Below are positions 15,858 through 24,000 of a DNA stretch of 24,000 bases, piece by piece. The notes under the pieces are model-generated. The model saw nothing but the letters and a program-made list of their open reading frames with translations. It ran no database searches and was not told the origin of the DNA. Source of the DNA: Vogesella mureinivorans (lineage in GTDB: Bacteria; Pseudomonadota; Gammaproteobacteria; Burkholderiales; Chromobacteriaceae); contig NZ_VMTV02000134.1 of the NCBI RefSeq assembly GCF_007644035.1, forward strand, positions 297,548-321,547, in the 5' to 3' direction. Made by a program: the position numbers and the translations under genes. Positions within the stretch are counted from its first letter, which is position 1, and each line of letters starts with the position of its first letter.

Positions 15858-16349
15858 ATGCGACATATTCTTTCTATTTTGCTGGAAAACGAAGCGGGCG
15901 CCCTGTCACGAGTAGTGGGACTTTTTTCCGCGCGCGCATACAATATCGATTCGCTGACCGTGTCGACTACCGAAGACCCGACACTGTCGCGCATGACTAT
16001 CGTGACCCACGGGTCCGACGAAGTCATCGAGCAGATCACCAAGCAGCTCAACAAGCTGATCGAGGTGGTCAAGGTGATTGACCTCAACGAGTCCGACCAT
16101 ATCGAACGCGAGATGATGCTGATCAAGGTCCGTGCCAATGGCAAGGACCGTGAAGAAATGAAGCGCATGGCTGATATCTTCCGCGGCCGCATCATCGACG
16201 TGACGGAAAAGACCTACACCATCGAGCTCACTGGTACCAGCGACAAGCTCAACGCCTTTATCGAGGCGATCGACCGTTCAGTGATCCTGGAAACGGTGCG
16301 TACCGGTGCATCCGGAATTGGTCGCGGCGAACGTATTCTGAAGATCTGA
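15858..16349 (+). CDS. ilvH: Acetolactate synthase small (regulatory) subunit
   Basis: 163 aa from MRHILSILLENEAGALSRVVGLFSARAYNIDSLTV (ACT domain) plus an ALS_ss_C-like C-terminus. ATG is at 15858; the track GTG start at 15840 overlaps the ilvI stop. Confidence 0.93.
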   Translation: MRHILSILLENEAGALSRVVGLFSARAYNIDSLTVSTTEDPTLSRMTIVTHGSDEVIEQITKQLNKLIEVVKVIDLNESDHIEREMMLIKVRANGKDREEMKRMADIFRGRIIDVTEKTYTIELTGTSDKLNAFIEAIDRSVILETVRTGASGIGRGERILKI

Positions 16350-16388
16350 TATCACCAGGGCGGCTACCCGCTGCCCGAGAACAACTAG

Positions 16389-17414
<1,026 letters not shown>

Positions 17415-17436
17415 GCCTTGCGGCATTGTTCTGACA

Positions 17437-17461
17437 AACCGGGCCCTGTGCCCGGTTTTTT
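17437..17461 (+). terminator. Rho-independent terminator after ilvC
   Basis: CCGGGC (17439-17444), loop cctgt, GCCCGG (17450-17455), then TTTTTT (17456-17461). Confidence 0.75.
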
Positions 17462-17480
17462 CATGCGTGGCCGCCGTGGC

Positions 17481-17510
17481 TTGGGGCTGGCCGCTAAAGC
17501 GCCGTACAAT
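17481..17510 (+). promoter_or_regulatory. Possible promoter for pssA
   Basis: TTGGGG (17481-17486), an 18-nt spacer, then TACAAT (17505-17510), 55 nt upstream of the pssA ATG. The -35 element is weak. Confidence 0.3.
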
Positions 17511-17564
17511 GTCTGATTCTTGGCCTGTGCGGCCAACCTACTGTTTATTTGTGACGGGAAGCCC

Positions 17565-18323
17565 ATGCATCACGATCCTGTACCTGCCAAACCCTCGCTG
17601 CGCCGCCAGGGCATTTACCTGCTACCCAACTCGTTTACCCTGGCCGCGCTGTTTGCCGGCTTTTACGCCATCGTGCAGGCGATGAACCAGCGTTTCGAGC
17701 TGGCGGCCGTGGCCATTTTCATTGCCATGATTCTGGACGGCATGGATGGCCGCGTGGCGCGCATGACGCACAGCCAGAGTGCCTTCGGGGCCGAGTTCGA
17801 TAGCCTGTCGGATATGGTGAGTTTTGGCGTGGCACCGGCGCTGGTGGCCTACGAGTGGCTGCTGAAAGACCTGGGCAAGCTGGGCTGGATGGTGGCTTTT
17901 ATCTACTGTGCCGGTGCGGCGCTGCGCCTGGCGCGTTTCAATACCATGGTCGGCACGGCGGATAAGCGCTGGTTTACCGGCCTGCCCAGCCCGGCGGCGG
18001 CGGCGCTGGTGGCGGGGCTGGTGTGGATTTGCCACGCCTACGGTTACCAGCAGCTGCCCGGCCTGCACTGGCTGGCGCTGGCCTTTACTGCCTTTGCCGG
18101 TATCACCATGGTGACCAATGTGAAGTACTGGAGCTTCAAGGAAATCCACCTGCGCCGCCGCGTGCCTTTCGTGATGCTGCTGGGCTTGGTGGTGGTGTTG
18201 CTGCTGCTGATGTCGGAGCCGCCACTGGTGCTGTTCGGCTTCTTTGTCTGCTACGCGCTGTCGGGTTACGTCATGGCATTGCTGGGCCTGGTGCGCAAAT
18301 CGCCACCGCCGGCAGCCAGCTAA
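17565..18323 (+). CDS. pssA: CDP-diacylglycerol--serine O-phosphatidyltransferase (CDP-alcohol phosphatidyltransferase family)
   Basis: 252 aa from MHHDPVPAKPSLRRQGIYLLPNSFT. Family motif DGMDGRVAR...G.EFDSLSD. Multiple TM segments. ATG is at 17565; the track start at 17520 is upstream and unsupported. Confidence 0.9.
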   Translation: MHHDPVPAKPSLRRQGIYLLPNSFTLAALFAGFYAIVQAMNQRFELAAVAIFIAMILDGMDGRVARMTHSQSAFGAEFDSLSDMVSFGVAPALVAYEWLLKDLGKLGWMVAFIYCAGAALRLARFNTMVGTADKRWFTGLPSPAAAALVAGLVWICHAYGYQQLPGLHWLALAFTAFAGITMVTNVKYWSFKEIHLRRRVPFVMLLGLVVVLLLLMSEPPLVLFGFFVCYALSGYVMALLGLVRKSPPPAAS

Positions 18324-18343
18324 GCCGCTTGGCCTCAGTACAC

Positions 18344-18366
18344 AAACCGCCTTCGGGCGGTTTTTT
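18344..18366. terminator. Rho-independent terminator between convergent pssA and the AraC gene, with the same 23-nt core as the one at 13311-13333
   Basis: AAACCGCC-TTCG-GGCGG-TTTTTT. It is identical over 23 nt to the SLT/RDD terminator. Confidence 0.75.
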
Positions 18367-18376
18367 CATGGTGTGG

Positions 18377-19261
18377 CTAACGCAGGCAGGCGCTGGGCGG
18401 CTGGCCGAAGCGGCGGCGGAAGGCGGTGGCAAAGTTGGCCGCAGAGCTGTAGCCCGCCCCCAGTGCCACATCGGTAATGCGGTGCTGCCCGCTTAGCAGT
18501 AGCTGGCGGGCACTTTCCAGCCGCTGCCCGCGCAGATAGTCCATCACGCTGCAGCTAAAGTGGCGGCGAAAGTGTCGTTGCAGGGTGCTGCTGCTCATGC
18601 ATGCGGCGTCGGCCAGCTGGTGCAGGCTCCAGTTTTCCCCCTCGCCACTGTCTATCAGGTCTTTTACCCGCTGCAGGTGGCGGTTCAGTTGCGGGGTAGC
18701 CGGGCTGTTGGCCGGGGTGTCGCCCAGTGCCTCCAGTACCTGGCCTAGCAGCAGCATGCCCATGCCCTCGCGCTCGATCTGCGTCAGCAGGGGGTTGGCC
18801 GCACGGTGTTGCACCATGTGCTGTGCTAGCTGGGTCAATGGCGCGCTGGCCGTCCATTGCCGTGCTGCCAGGTGGCCGCGCGCCAGGCGGGCTAGCGTGG
18901 ATTGCTTACCCGCTTCGGCCAGACCGTGGCGTTCCAGCCAGGGGTGGTCCAGTGCCATGCATACCTTCAGCTCGATACCAGGTTGGCCGCAGTGGCGCTG
19001 GAACAGCGCTTGTTCATTGAGGTTCACCAGTAGCACCTGGGCTTGATGCTGTGGTTGCAGGCGAAAGTCTTGCTGATCGAAGCGCAGCTGCAGCGGCCCC
19101 TGTAGTGCCACGATCAGCCGTAGCCCGGCGGCGCTGACATTGCTGTGGCTGTGCGGGTTGGCTCGGCTGCGGTTGGCGCTGATATGCAGACCCGGTGTGG
19201 TGTGCTGTACCCAGGCGACGTCGCCACCCATCCCCCTGCTACGTGCTGGCTGCCCCTGCAT
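18377..19261 (-). CDS. AraC-family transcriptional regulator (siderophore-responsive PchR/YbtA-like by context)
   Basis: The C-terminal double HTH is WSLHQLADAACMSSSTLQRHFRRHFSCSVMDYLRGQRLESARQLLLSGQHRITDVALGAGYSSAANFATAFRRRFGQPPSA. I start it at ATG 19261 (MQGQPARS...), preceded by AAGGAG at good spacing. The track start at 19285 is a TTG. It is divergent from the esterase/receptor genes. Confidence 0.85.
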   Translation of the reverse strand: MQGQPARSRGMGGDVAWVQHTTPGLHISANRSRANPHSHSNVSAAGLRLIVALQGPLQLRFDQQDFRLQPQHQAQVLLVNLNEQALFQRHCGQPGIELKVCMALDHPWLERHGLAEAGKQSTLARLARGHLAARQWTASAPLTQLAQHMVQHRAANPLLTQIEREGMGMLLLGQVLEALGDTPANSPATPQLNRHLQRVKDLIDSGEGENWSLHQLADAACMSSSTLQRHFRRHFSCSVMDYLRGQRLESARQLLLSGQHRITDVALGAGYSSAANFATAFRRRFGQPPSACLR

Positions 19262-19361
19262 GCTGCTTTCTCCTTGTTCCCTCAATGCCGCTGGCGCAAA
19301 CGCGCTTGCGCTTTACGCAAAAGCCCTGCCGCCGACAAAACCGGATACTAGCAGACTTCTT

Positions 19362-19380
19362 GATAATAAGAATAGTTATC
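19362..19380. promoter_or_regulatory. Fur box
   Basis: GATAATAAGAATAGTTATC matches the 19-bp consensus GATAATGATAATCATTATC at 15/19 positions by my own alignment. It lies 20 nt upstream of the esterase start, in the divergent AraC/esterase intergenic region. Confidence 0.75.
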
Positions 19381-19399
19381 AACAAGTGAGGTGGTAACC

Positions 19400-20329
19400 A
19401 TGTGTATCCGATCCCGTCTGGCGGGTTGGCTGGGCGCGGCCTGGCTGCTGCTGGCCATGCTGCCGGCACTGGCCTCGCCCGTCGTGCTGGAAGGCGCCAG
19501 CCAGTTTGAGCTGCACTCACGGCATACCGGCCGCGACTACCGCATCTATCTGTCGGTACCCGCCGTACCGCCACCAGCTGGGGGCTACCCGGTGCTGTAC
19601 GCGCTGGATGGTGACGCCAGCTTTGCCCGCCTGCACCAGGCCAACCCGCGCGAGGCCAGTGTATTGGCGCGCCTGCGCCAGCACGGGCCCGTGGTGCCGC
19701 TGCCTGGCGTGGTGGTGGGCATAGGTTATGGCTGCCCGTTTAGCCAGACGATGGATTGGCGCGCCGAAGATTACACCCCGCCACTGTCGTGCCAGGCTTG
19801 CGAGCTGTCTTCGCCGCGCCACGGTGGGGCCGACGCCTTTGCCCGTTTCATCAATGAAGAGCTCAAGCCGGAAATCGCCCGCCGCCTGCCAGTGAACACG
19901 GCGCGCCAGAGCCTGTTCGGCCATTCCTATGGTGGCCTGTTTACCGTGTACCAGCTGCTGCAACAGCCGCAGCACTTCCAGCATTACTTTGCCATCAGCC
20001 CGTCGCTATGGTTTGGCGACCGGGCCCTGTTGGCCGCGCCGCTGCCCGTGCTGCCGGCTACAGCGCCACGCTTGCTGGTGCTGTGGGTAGGGCAAGACGA
20101 GCAGCCGGCCAGCTACGACCTGGCGGTTGACCGCCAACGGCAGCAGCGCCTGCAGCAAAACCGCATGGTGAGTAATACCGCCGAGCTACAGGCCCGCTTA
20201 TACGGCCTGCCTGGCCTGGTAAGTGATTACCGTGTCGTGCCCGGCCATGACCACGGCCAGATGCATGGCTACGCCATCGACCGTGTACTGGCTATTGCCT
20301 TTAGCCCGGCCTGGCAGCCAGCCCACTGA
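19400..20329 (+). CDS. Secreted alpha/beta-hydrolase, siderophore esterase (IroE/Fes/BesA-like putative esterase family)
   Basis: 309 aa from ATG 19400 (SD GAGGTGG). Signal peptide MCIRSRLAGWLGAAWLLLAMLPALA. Motifs YPVLYALDGD and the nucleophile elbow FGHSYGGLF, with a C-terminal HDH region. It is paired with a TonB-dependent receptor and a Fur box. Confidence 0.8.
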   Translation: MCIRSRLAGWLGAAWLLLAMLPALASPVVLEGASQFELHSRHTGRDYRIYLSVPAVPPPAGGYPVLYALDGDASFARLHQANPREASVLARLRQHGPVVPLPGVVVGIGYGCPFSQTMDWRAEDYTPPLSCQACELSSPRHGGADAFARFINEELKPEIARRLPVNTARQSLFGHSYGGLFTVYQLLQQPQHFQHYFAISPSLWFGDRALLAAPLPVLPATAPRLLVLWVGQDEQPASYDLAVDRQRQQRLQQNRMVSNTAELQARLYGLPGLVSDYRVVPGHDHGQMHGYAIDRVLAIAFSPAWQPAH

Positions 20330-20377
20330 TTTCATGTGATGGGGTGGCCTGTCACCCCGCTTATTTCGGGAATAAAA

Positions 20378-22399
20378 ATGAAGCAACGCAAACATTCCAG
20401 GGCCCGCTTTGCGGCCAACCCGCTGTACGCCATCCTGTTTGGCAGTGCCATGCTGCTGCCGGCCCATACCGCCCTGGCAGCGGAGACCCTGCTGGACAAG
20501 GTGACGGTGACCGGTGAAAAAATGAACCGTAGCCTGGCCAAGACCACCACCGCCGTGAGTGTGCTGCAGGGTGAGCGGGTGGATAGCGGCGAGATCAGCT
20601 CGGTGAACGAGGTGGCGGCCATGGTGCCCAATATGACCCTGAATGCCGTTGGTGGCGTCAACATCCGTGGCGTAGAAGGCGCCGGGCCGGGCGTGGGCTT
20701 TTATTCTTTTGTTGGCGGTGGCCGCCCGCGCATCAGCACCAGCCTGGATGGCGTGGCTGACGTGTGGACCGGCCAGCAATACCTGGACAGCGATGTGTGG
20801 GACGTAAAGCAGGTAGAAGTGCTGCGCGGGCCGCAGTCCACCACCCAGGGCCGTAACGCGCTGGGCGGCGCGGTGCTGGTGCAGACCAATGACCCCACCT
20901 TCCACCAGGAAGGCGCGCTGCGGCTGGGCTGGGAAGACACCGATGGCCGTGCCAACGTGGCCGGCATGTTGTCTGGTGCGCTGGTAGCAGACGAGCTGGC
21001 CTACCGCCTTACCGCCAATGCCTTGAAAGGGCATGGTTTCATCAACTACAGCGGCGCTACCGGCGGGCAGGACCCCTCCGCGCTGCAGCGTAGCAATGTG
21101 CGCGGCAAGCTGCTGTGGAAGCCCAAGTCTTTGCCGCAGCTGCAGGCGCGCTTGACGGTAGCGCACCGCGACTACCAGGGCGAGTACCTGAACCTGATCA
21201 CCGGCCCCGACCTGGGCGCCTATACCTACAAGGCCAGCGCTGCGGCCAACGCCCGCATCCAGGACTCGCAGAACACTACCACCACGCTGGACACCGAGTA
21301 CGACTTCCAGAACGGCGTTACCGGCCACCTGCAGTACAGCTACAGCGACAACCACATCGGCTTCGAGCAATACCCCAGCCGCATGAGCCTGGCACTGGAC
21401 GACCAGAACCACACGCTGGAAGGCCGCCTGGTATACCAGCGCCCGCAGAGCGCCCTGAGCGGTGTGCTGGGCGTGTATGCCTACCAGCGTGATCAGGACC
21501 TGCATGCCTTTACCGCCACCACCACTACCTTCAAGGGCAATGACAAGGTCACCACGTTGGCCGCCTACACCGACGGCGAGCTGGCGCTGAACGACAGCTG
21601 GTCGCTGCTGGCCGGCCTGCGCGCCGAGCGCGAAACGCAACACCGCGATATCCGCTATAACGGCTCGCCGATCAAGGGTGACATTGGCAAGACCACGCTG
21701 CTACCCAAGCTGGGTATTAGCCACCAGTGGTCGCCGGCCACGCAGATGAGCTTTACCGTGCGCCAGGGCTACAACCCGGGTGGGGTGTCGGTAGACGAAA
21801 ACAACGCGGTATTCGAGTACGGCAGCGAGAAGGTCAATGCCTACGAATACGCGCTGAAAACCCGCCAGGGTGGCGTGCTCATAGGGGCCAACCTGTTTTA
21901 CAACGACTACACCGACTACCAGATGAGCTACGCCAGCCGCCTGCGCAATGTGCCGCAAGCGCATTCGCTGGGGCTGGAGCTGAGCGCCGCCGCCAGCATC
22001 ATTGGCGGGCTGGAAATCAACGCCGGCCTGGGCCTGCTGCGCAGCAAGGTAGACAAGGCGCCCGCAGGGGCGGCCGGCATTGCCGGCAAGGAGATGACCT
22101 ACGCCCCGGCTATCACGGCGACGCTGGGCGTGAAAAAGCAGTGGGGTAGCTGGACCGCTGCGGCCAACCTGCAGCACGTGGGCGAGTACTACACCGACAC
22201 CGCCAATACCAGCACCACCATGGGCGGCGACTACAACCTCCTTAATCTCAACCTGGCCTACGCTGTCAACGACGACACCACGCTGCGTACCTACGTGAAG
22301 AACGCGCTGAACGAGGCTGTCGTGCTGGGCAAGCGCACCACCGGCTTTTATGTGGGTGCACCGCGCACCGTGGGCATGAACGTGGACTACCGCTTCTAG
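20378..22399 (+). CDS. TonB-dependent siderophore receptor
   Basis: 673 aa from MKQRKHSRARFAANPLYAILFGSAMLLPAHTALA-AETLLDKVTVTGEK (signal peptide plus TonB-box/plug region). Plug motifs are present (VEVLRGPQSTTQGRNALGGAVLVQT). A long beta-barrel ends in ...GMNVDYRF with a terminal aromatic residue. Confidence 0.92.
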   Translation: MKQRKHSRARFAANPLYAILFGSAMLLPAHTALAAETLLDKVTVTGEKMNRSLAKTTTAVSVLQGERVDSGEISSVNEVAAMVPNMTLNAVGGVNIRGVEGAGPGVGFYSFVGGGRPRISTSLDGVADVWTGQQYLDSDVWDVKQVEVLRGPQSTTQGRNALGGAVLVQTNDPTFHQEGALRLGWEDTDGRANVAGMLSGALVADELAYRLTANALKGHGFINYSGATGGQDPSALQRSNVRGKLLWKPKSLPQLQARLTVAHRDYQGEYLNLITGPDLGAYTYKASAAANARIQDSQNTTTTLDTEYDFQNGVTGHLQYSYSDNHIGFEQYPSRMSLALDDQNHTLEGRLVYQRPQSALSGVLGVYAYQRDQDLHAFTATTTTFKGNDKVTTLAAYTDGELALNDSWSLLAGLRAERETQHRDIRYNGSPIKGDIGKTTLLPKLGISHQWSPATQMSFTVRQGYNPGGVSVDENNAVFEYGSEKVNAYEYALKTRQGGVLIGANLFYNDYTDYQMSYASRLRNVPQAHSLGLELSAAASIIGGLEINAGLGLLRSKVDKAPAGAAGIAGKEMTYAPAITATLGVKKQWGSWTAAANLQHVGEYYTDTANTSTTMGGDYNLLNLNLAYAVNDDTTLRTYVKNALNEAVVLGKRTTGFYVGAPRTVGMNVDYRF

Positions 22400-22420
22400 C
22401 GCAGGTATTGGCCACCCTCA

Positions 22421-22455
22421 GCAAGGCCCCCGCCCAGGCGGGGGCCTTGCTTTTT
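22421..22455 (+). terminator. Strong Rho-independent terminator after the receptor gene
   Basis: Perfect 13-bp stem GCAAGGCCCCCGC (22421-22433) / GCGGGGGCCTTGC (22438-22450), loop CCAG, then TTTTT (22451-22455). Confidence 0.85.
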
Positions 22456-22548
22456 GCGGTAACGAGGGTTTAAATTCTACAAAATGTCTAATAAAATGCA
22501 TTGGACACCATTTTGCAACACAATACCACGCGAAATGCTGCGCTGCAT

Positions 22549-22577
22549 TTGACAGATTGTCGTCGAATTTGTATCGT
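22549..22577 (+). promoter_or_regulatory. Candidate sigma-70 promoter upstream of the HTH ORF / leuA
   Basis: TTGACA (22549-22554), a 17-nt spacer, then TATCGT (22572-22577), in an AT-rich intergenic tract. The -35 element is overlapped by the inverted repeat AAATGC-n6-GCATTT (22533-22550). Confidence 0.5.
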
Positions 22578-22605
22578 GAACCCATAACAAGACAGGAGTG
22601 GCAGC

Positions 22606-22854
22606 ATGCAATTGGACATCGAACGTCTAATCGAGGATTTTGGTGGCCCCGGTACGCTCGCGGAAGCGTTGACGGCGGCCTTTCCCGATGAGCCGGTGTC
22701 CCGTGCGGCCATTTACAAATGGCGCGAGCGCGGCACCTTGCCGCTGGCGCAGCTGAACAAGCTGGCCAAACTCGCCGCCGATCAGGGCAAGCGTTTCGAT
22801 TTCAACGACTATCTGGCCGGGGCACAACCCGCGGCACAATGGAGATCACCAGAC
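22606..22854 (+). CDS. 83-codon Cro/YdaS-like helix-turn-helix ORF, in frame with leuA and lacking its own stop codon
   Basis: ATG at 22606 is preceded by AGGAG (22594-22598) with a 7-nt spacer. The frame opens just after TAA at 22585-22587. Translation: [83 protein letters not shown]. It has GC3-rich codon usage like real genes. The GG..LA....vS..aIykW...g.lP pattern resembles the Cro/YdaS HTH. It is absent from the supplied track because the frame runs off the window end. Confidence 0.5.
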
Positions 22855-24000
22855 ATGGGCGACCGTCTTTACATTTTCGATACCACCCTGCGTGACGGCG
22901 AGCAATCGCCCGGCGCAGCCATGACCAAAGAAGAAAAAGTACGTATCGCCCGCCAGCTGGAGCGCCTGGGTGTAGACGTGATCGAGGCCGGTTTTGCCGC
23001 CGCCAGCCCGGGTGATGCCGACGCGATCCGCGCCATTGCCGAAGTGGTGAAAGAATCCACCGTCTGTAGCCTGGCCCGTGCCAACGAGCGCGACATTCGC
23101 GCCGCCGGCGAAGCCATCGCCCCGGCCCCGAGAAAACGCATTCACACCTTCATCGCCACCAGCCCAATCCACATGGAGAAAAAGCTGCGCATGACGCCGG
23201 ATGAAGTGGTGGAGGCCGCGATCAAAGCCGTGAAGCTGGCACGCGAGTACACCGACGACGTGGAGTTCTCGGCCGAAGACGCGCTGCGCTCCGACATCGA
23301 CTTCCTCGCCCGCATTTTTGGCGAAGTCATCAAGGCCGGTGCCACCACGCTGAACGTGCCCGACACCGTGGGCTATGCCGTACCGAAAGTGACCGAAGCG
23401 TTCTTCCGCGAGCTGATCGCCAAAACCCCGGGTGGCGACAAGGTCATCTGGTCTGCCCACTGCCACAACGACCTGGGCATGGCCGTGGCCAACAGCCTGG
23501 CCGCCGTGCTGGGCGGTGCCCGCCAGGTGGAATGCACCATCAACGGCCTGGGCGAGCGCGCCGGTAATGCCGCCATCGAAGAAATCGTGATGGCCGTGCG
23601 TACCCGCAAAGACGTGTTTGGCGTGGAAACCGGTGTGGATGCAACCCAGATCGTACCGGCATCCAAGCTGGTGTCCACCATCACCGGCTACCCGGTGCAG
23701 CCGAACAAGGCCATTGTGGGCGCCAACGCTTTTGCCCACGAGTCCGGCATTCACCAAGACGGTGTGCTGAAGCACCGCGAAACCTACGAAATCATGTCGG
23801 CCGAGTCGGTAGGCTGGACCGCCAACCGCCTGACGCTGGGCAAACTGTCTGGCCGTAATGCCTTCCGTACCAAGCTCACCGCACTGGGCATTGTGCTGGA
23901 AAGCGAAGAAGCACTGAACGCCGCTTTTGCCCGCTTTAAAGAGCTGGCTGACAAGAAACGCGAGATTTTCGACGAAGATCTGCACGCCCTGGTGTCCGAC
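22855..24000 (+). CDS. leuA: 2-isopropylmalate synthase (partial; continues beyond the window)
   Basis: [54 protein letters not shown]..., then [15 protein letters not shown]..., [12 protein letters not shown]..., [17 protein letters not shown]. The ATG at 22855 is preceded by GGAGA (22841-22845). The canonical LeuA N-terminus aligns to this ATG. The antisense track ORF 22846-23985 is its shadow. Confidence 0.95.
   Translation, partial: MGDRLYIFDTTLRDGEQSPGAAMTKEEKVRIARQLERLGVDVIEAGFAAASPGDADAIRAIAEVVKESTVCSLARANERDIRAAGEAIAPAPRKRIHTFIATSPIHMEKKLRMTPDEVVEAAIKAVKLAREYTDDVEFSAEDALRSDIDFLARIFGEVIKAGATTLNVPDTVGYAVPKVTEAFFRELIAKTPGGDKVIWSAHCHNDLGMAVANSLAAVLGGARQVECTINGLGERAGNAAIEEIVMAVRTRKDVFGVETGVDATQIVPASKLVSTITGYPVQPNKAIVGANAFAHESGIHQDGVLKHRETYEIMSAESVGWTANRLTLGKLSGRNAFRTKLTALGIVLESEEALNAAFARFKELADKKREIFDEDLHALVSD

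Noticed and set aside
20340-20360. Short hairpin GGGGTG-gcctgt-CACCCC between the esterase and receptor genes
   Set aside because: It has a 6-bp stem with no U-tract inside a 48-nt intercistronic gap. It is probably insignificant or at most a minor mRNA-processing element.
22488-22839. Two minus-strand ORFs (22488-22712 and 22627-22839) upstream of leuA
   Set aside because: The plus-strand frame over the same DNA has a strong SD and ATG, gene-like GC3 and an HTH-like translation. The minus-strand ORFs are its shadows.

Overview
This is a high-GC chromosomal segment, about 59-65% GC in hand-counted 100-nt samples. It appears to come from a betaproteobacterium: the gene content and order (proS-SLT-RDD, ilvI-ilvH-ilvC-pssA ... 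leuA, chitin-sugar genes) look Chromobacteriaceae/Neisseriales/Burkholderiales-like. I cannot name the taxon from sequence alone.

Layout:
(1) 136-8146, minus strand: a chitooligosaccharide/GlcNAc uptake and catabolism locus. In transcription order it carries the solute-binding protein, two permeases, a GH3 beta-N-acetylhexosaminidase, an ABC ATPase, a porin and NagK. Its control region holds three perfect TGGTATT repeats phased at 11 bp.
(2) 8733-10831, plus strand: a KAP-family P-loop NTPase ORF followed by a 248-aa ORF with no recognisable motif. This is the most unusual part of the window. A block of about 1.3 kb at 30-43% GC sits inside it between host-like ends. The two ORFs are separated only by a -1 frame change, next to an A-AAG-GGC heptamer with AGGAGG 14 nt upstream. 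I treat this locus as the candidate undescribed (conflict/defence-type) system.
(3) 10930-18323: housekeeping genes (proS, a lytic transglycosylase, an RDD protein, ilvI, ilvH, ilvC, pssA).
(4) 18377-22399: an AraC regulator, a Fur box, a periplasmic IroE-like esterase and a TonB-dependent receptor.
(5) 22606 onward: an 83-codon Cro/YdaS-like HTH ORF that runs in frame, with no stop codon, into leuA (partial at the window end).

Across the window the oligomer GGTTGGCCGCA (8-mer core TTGGCCGC) is strikingly over-represented on both strands. Inverted pairs of it form intergenic hairpins, including one on each side of the KAP locus.

I saw no rRNA, tRNA, CRISPR array, transposase or integrase. 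Most long ORFs in the supplied track that lie antisense to the genes below are high-GC shadow ORFs.
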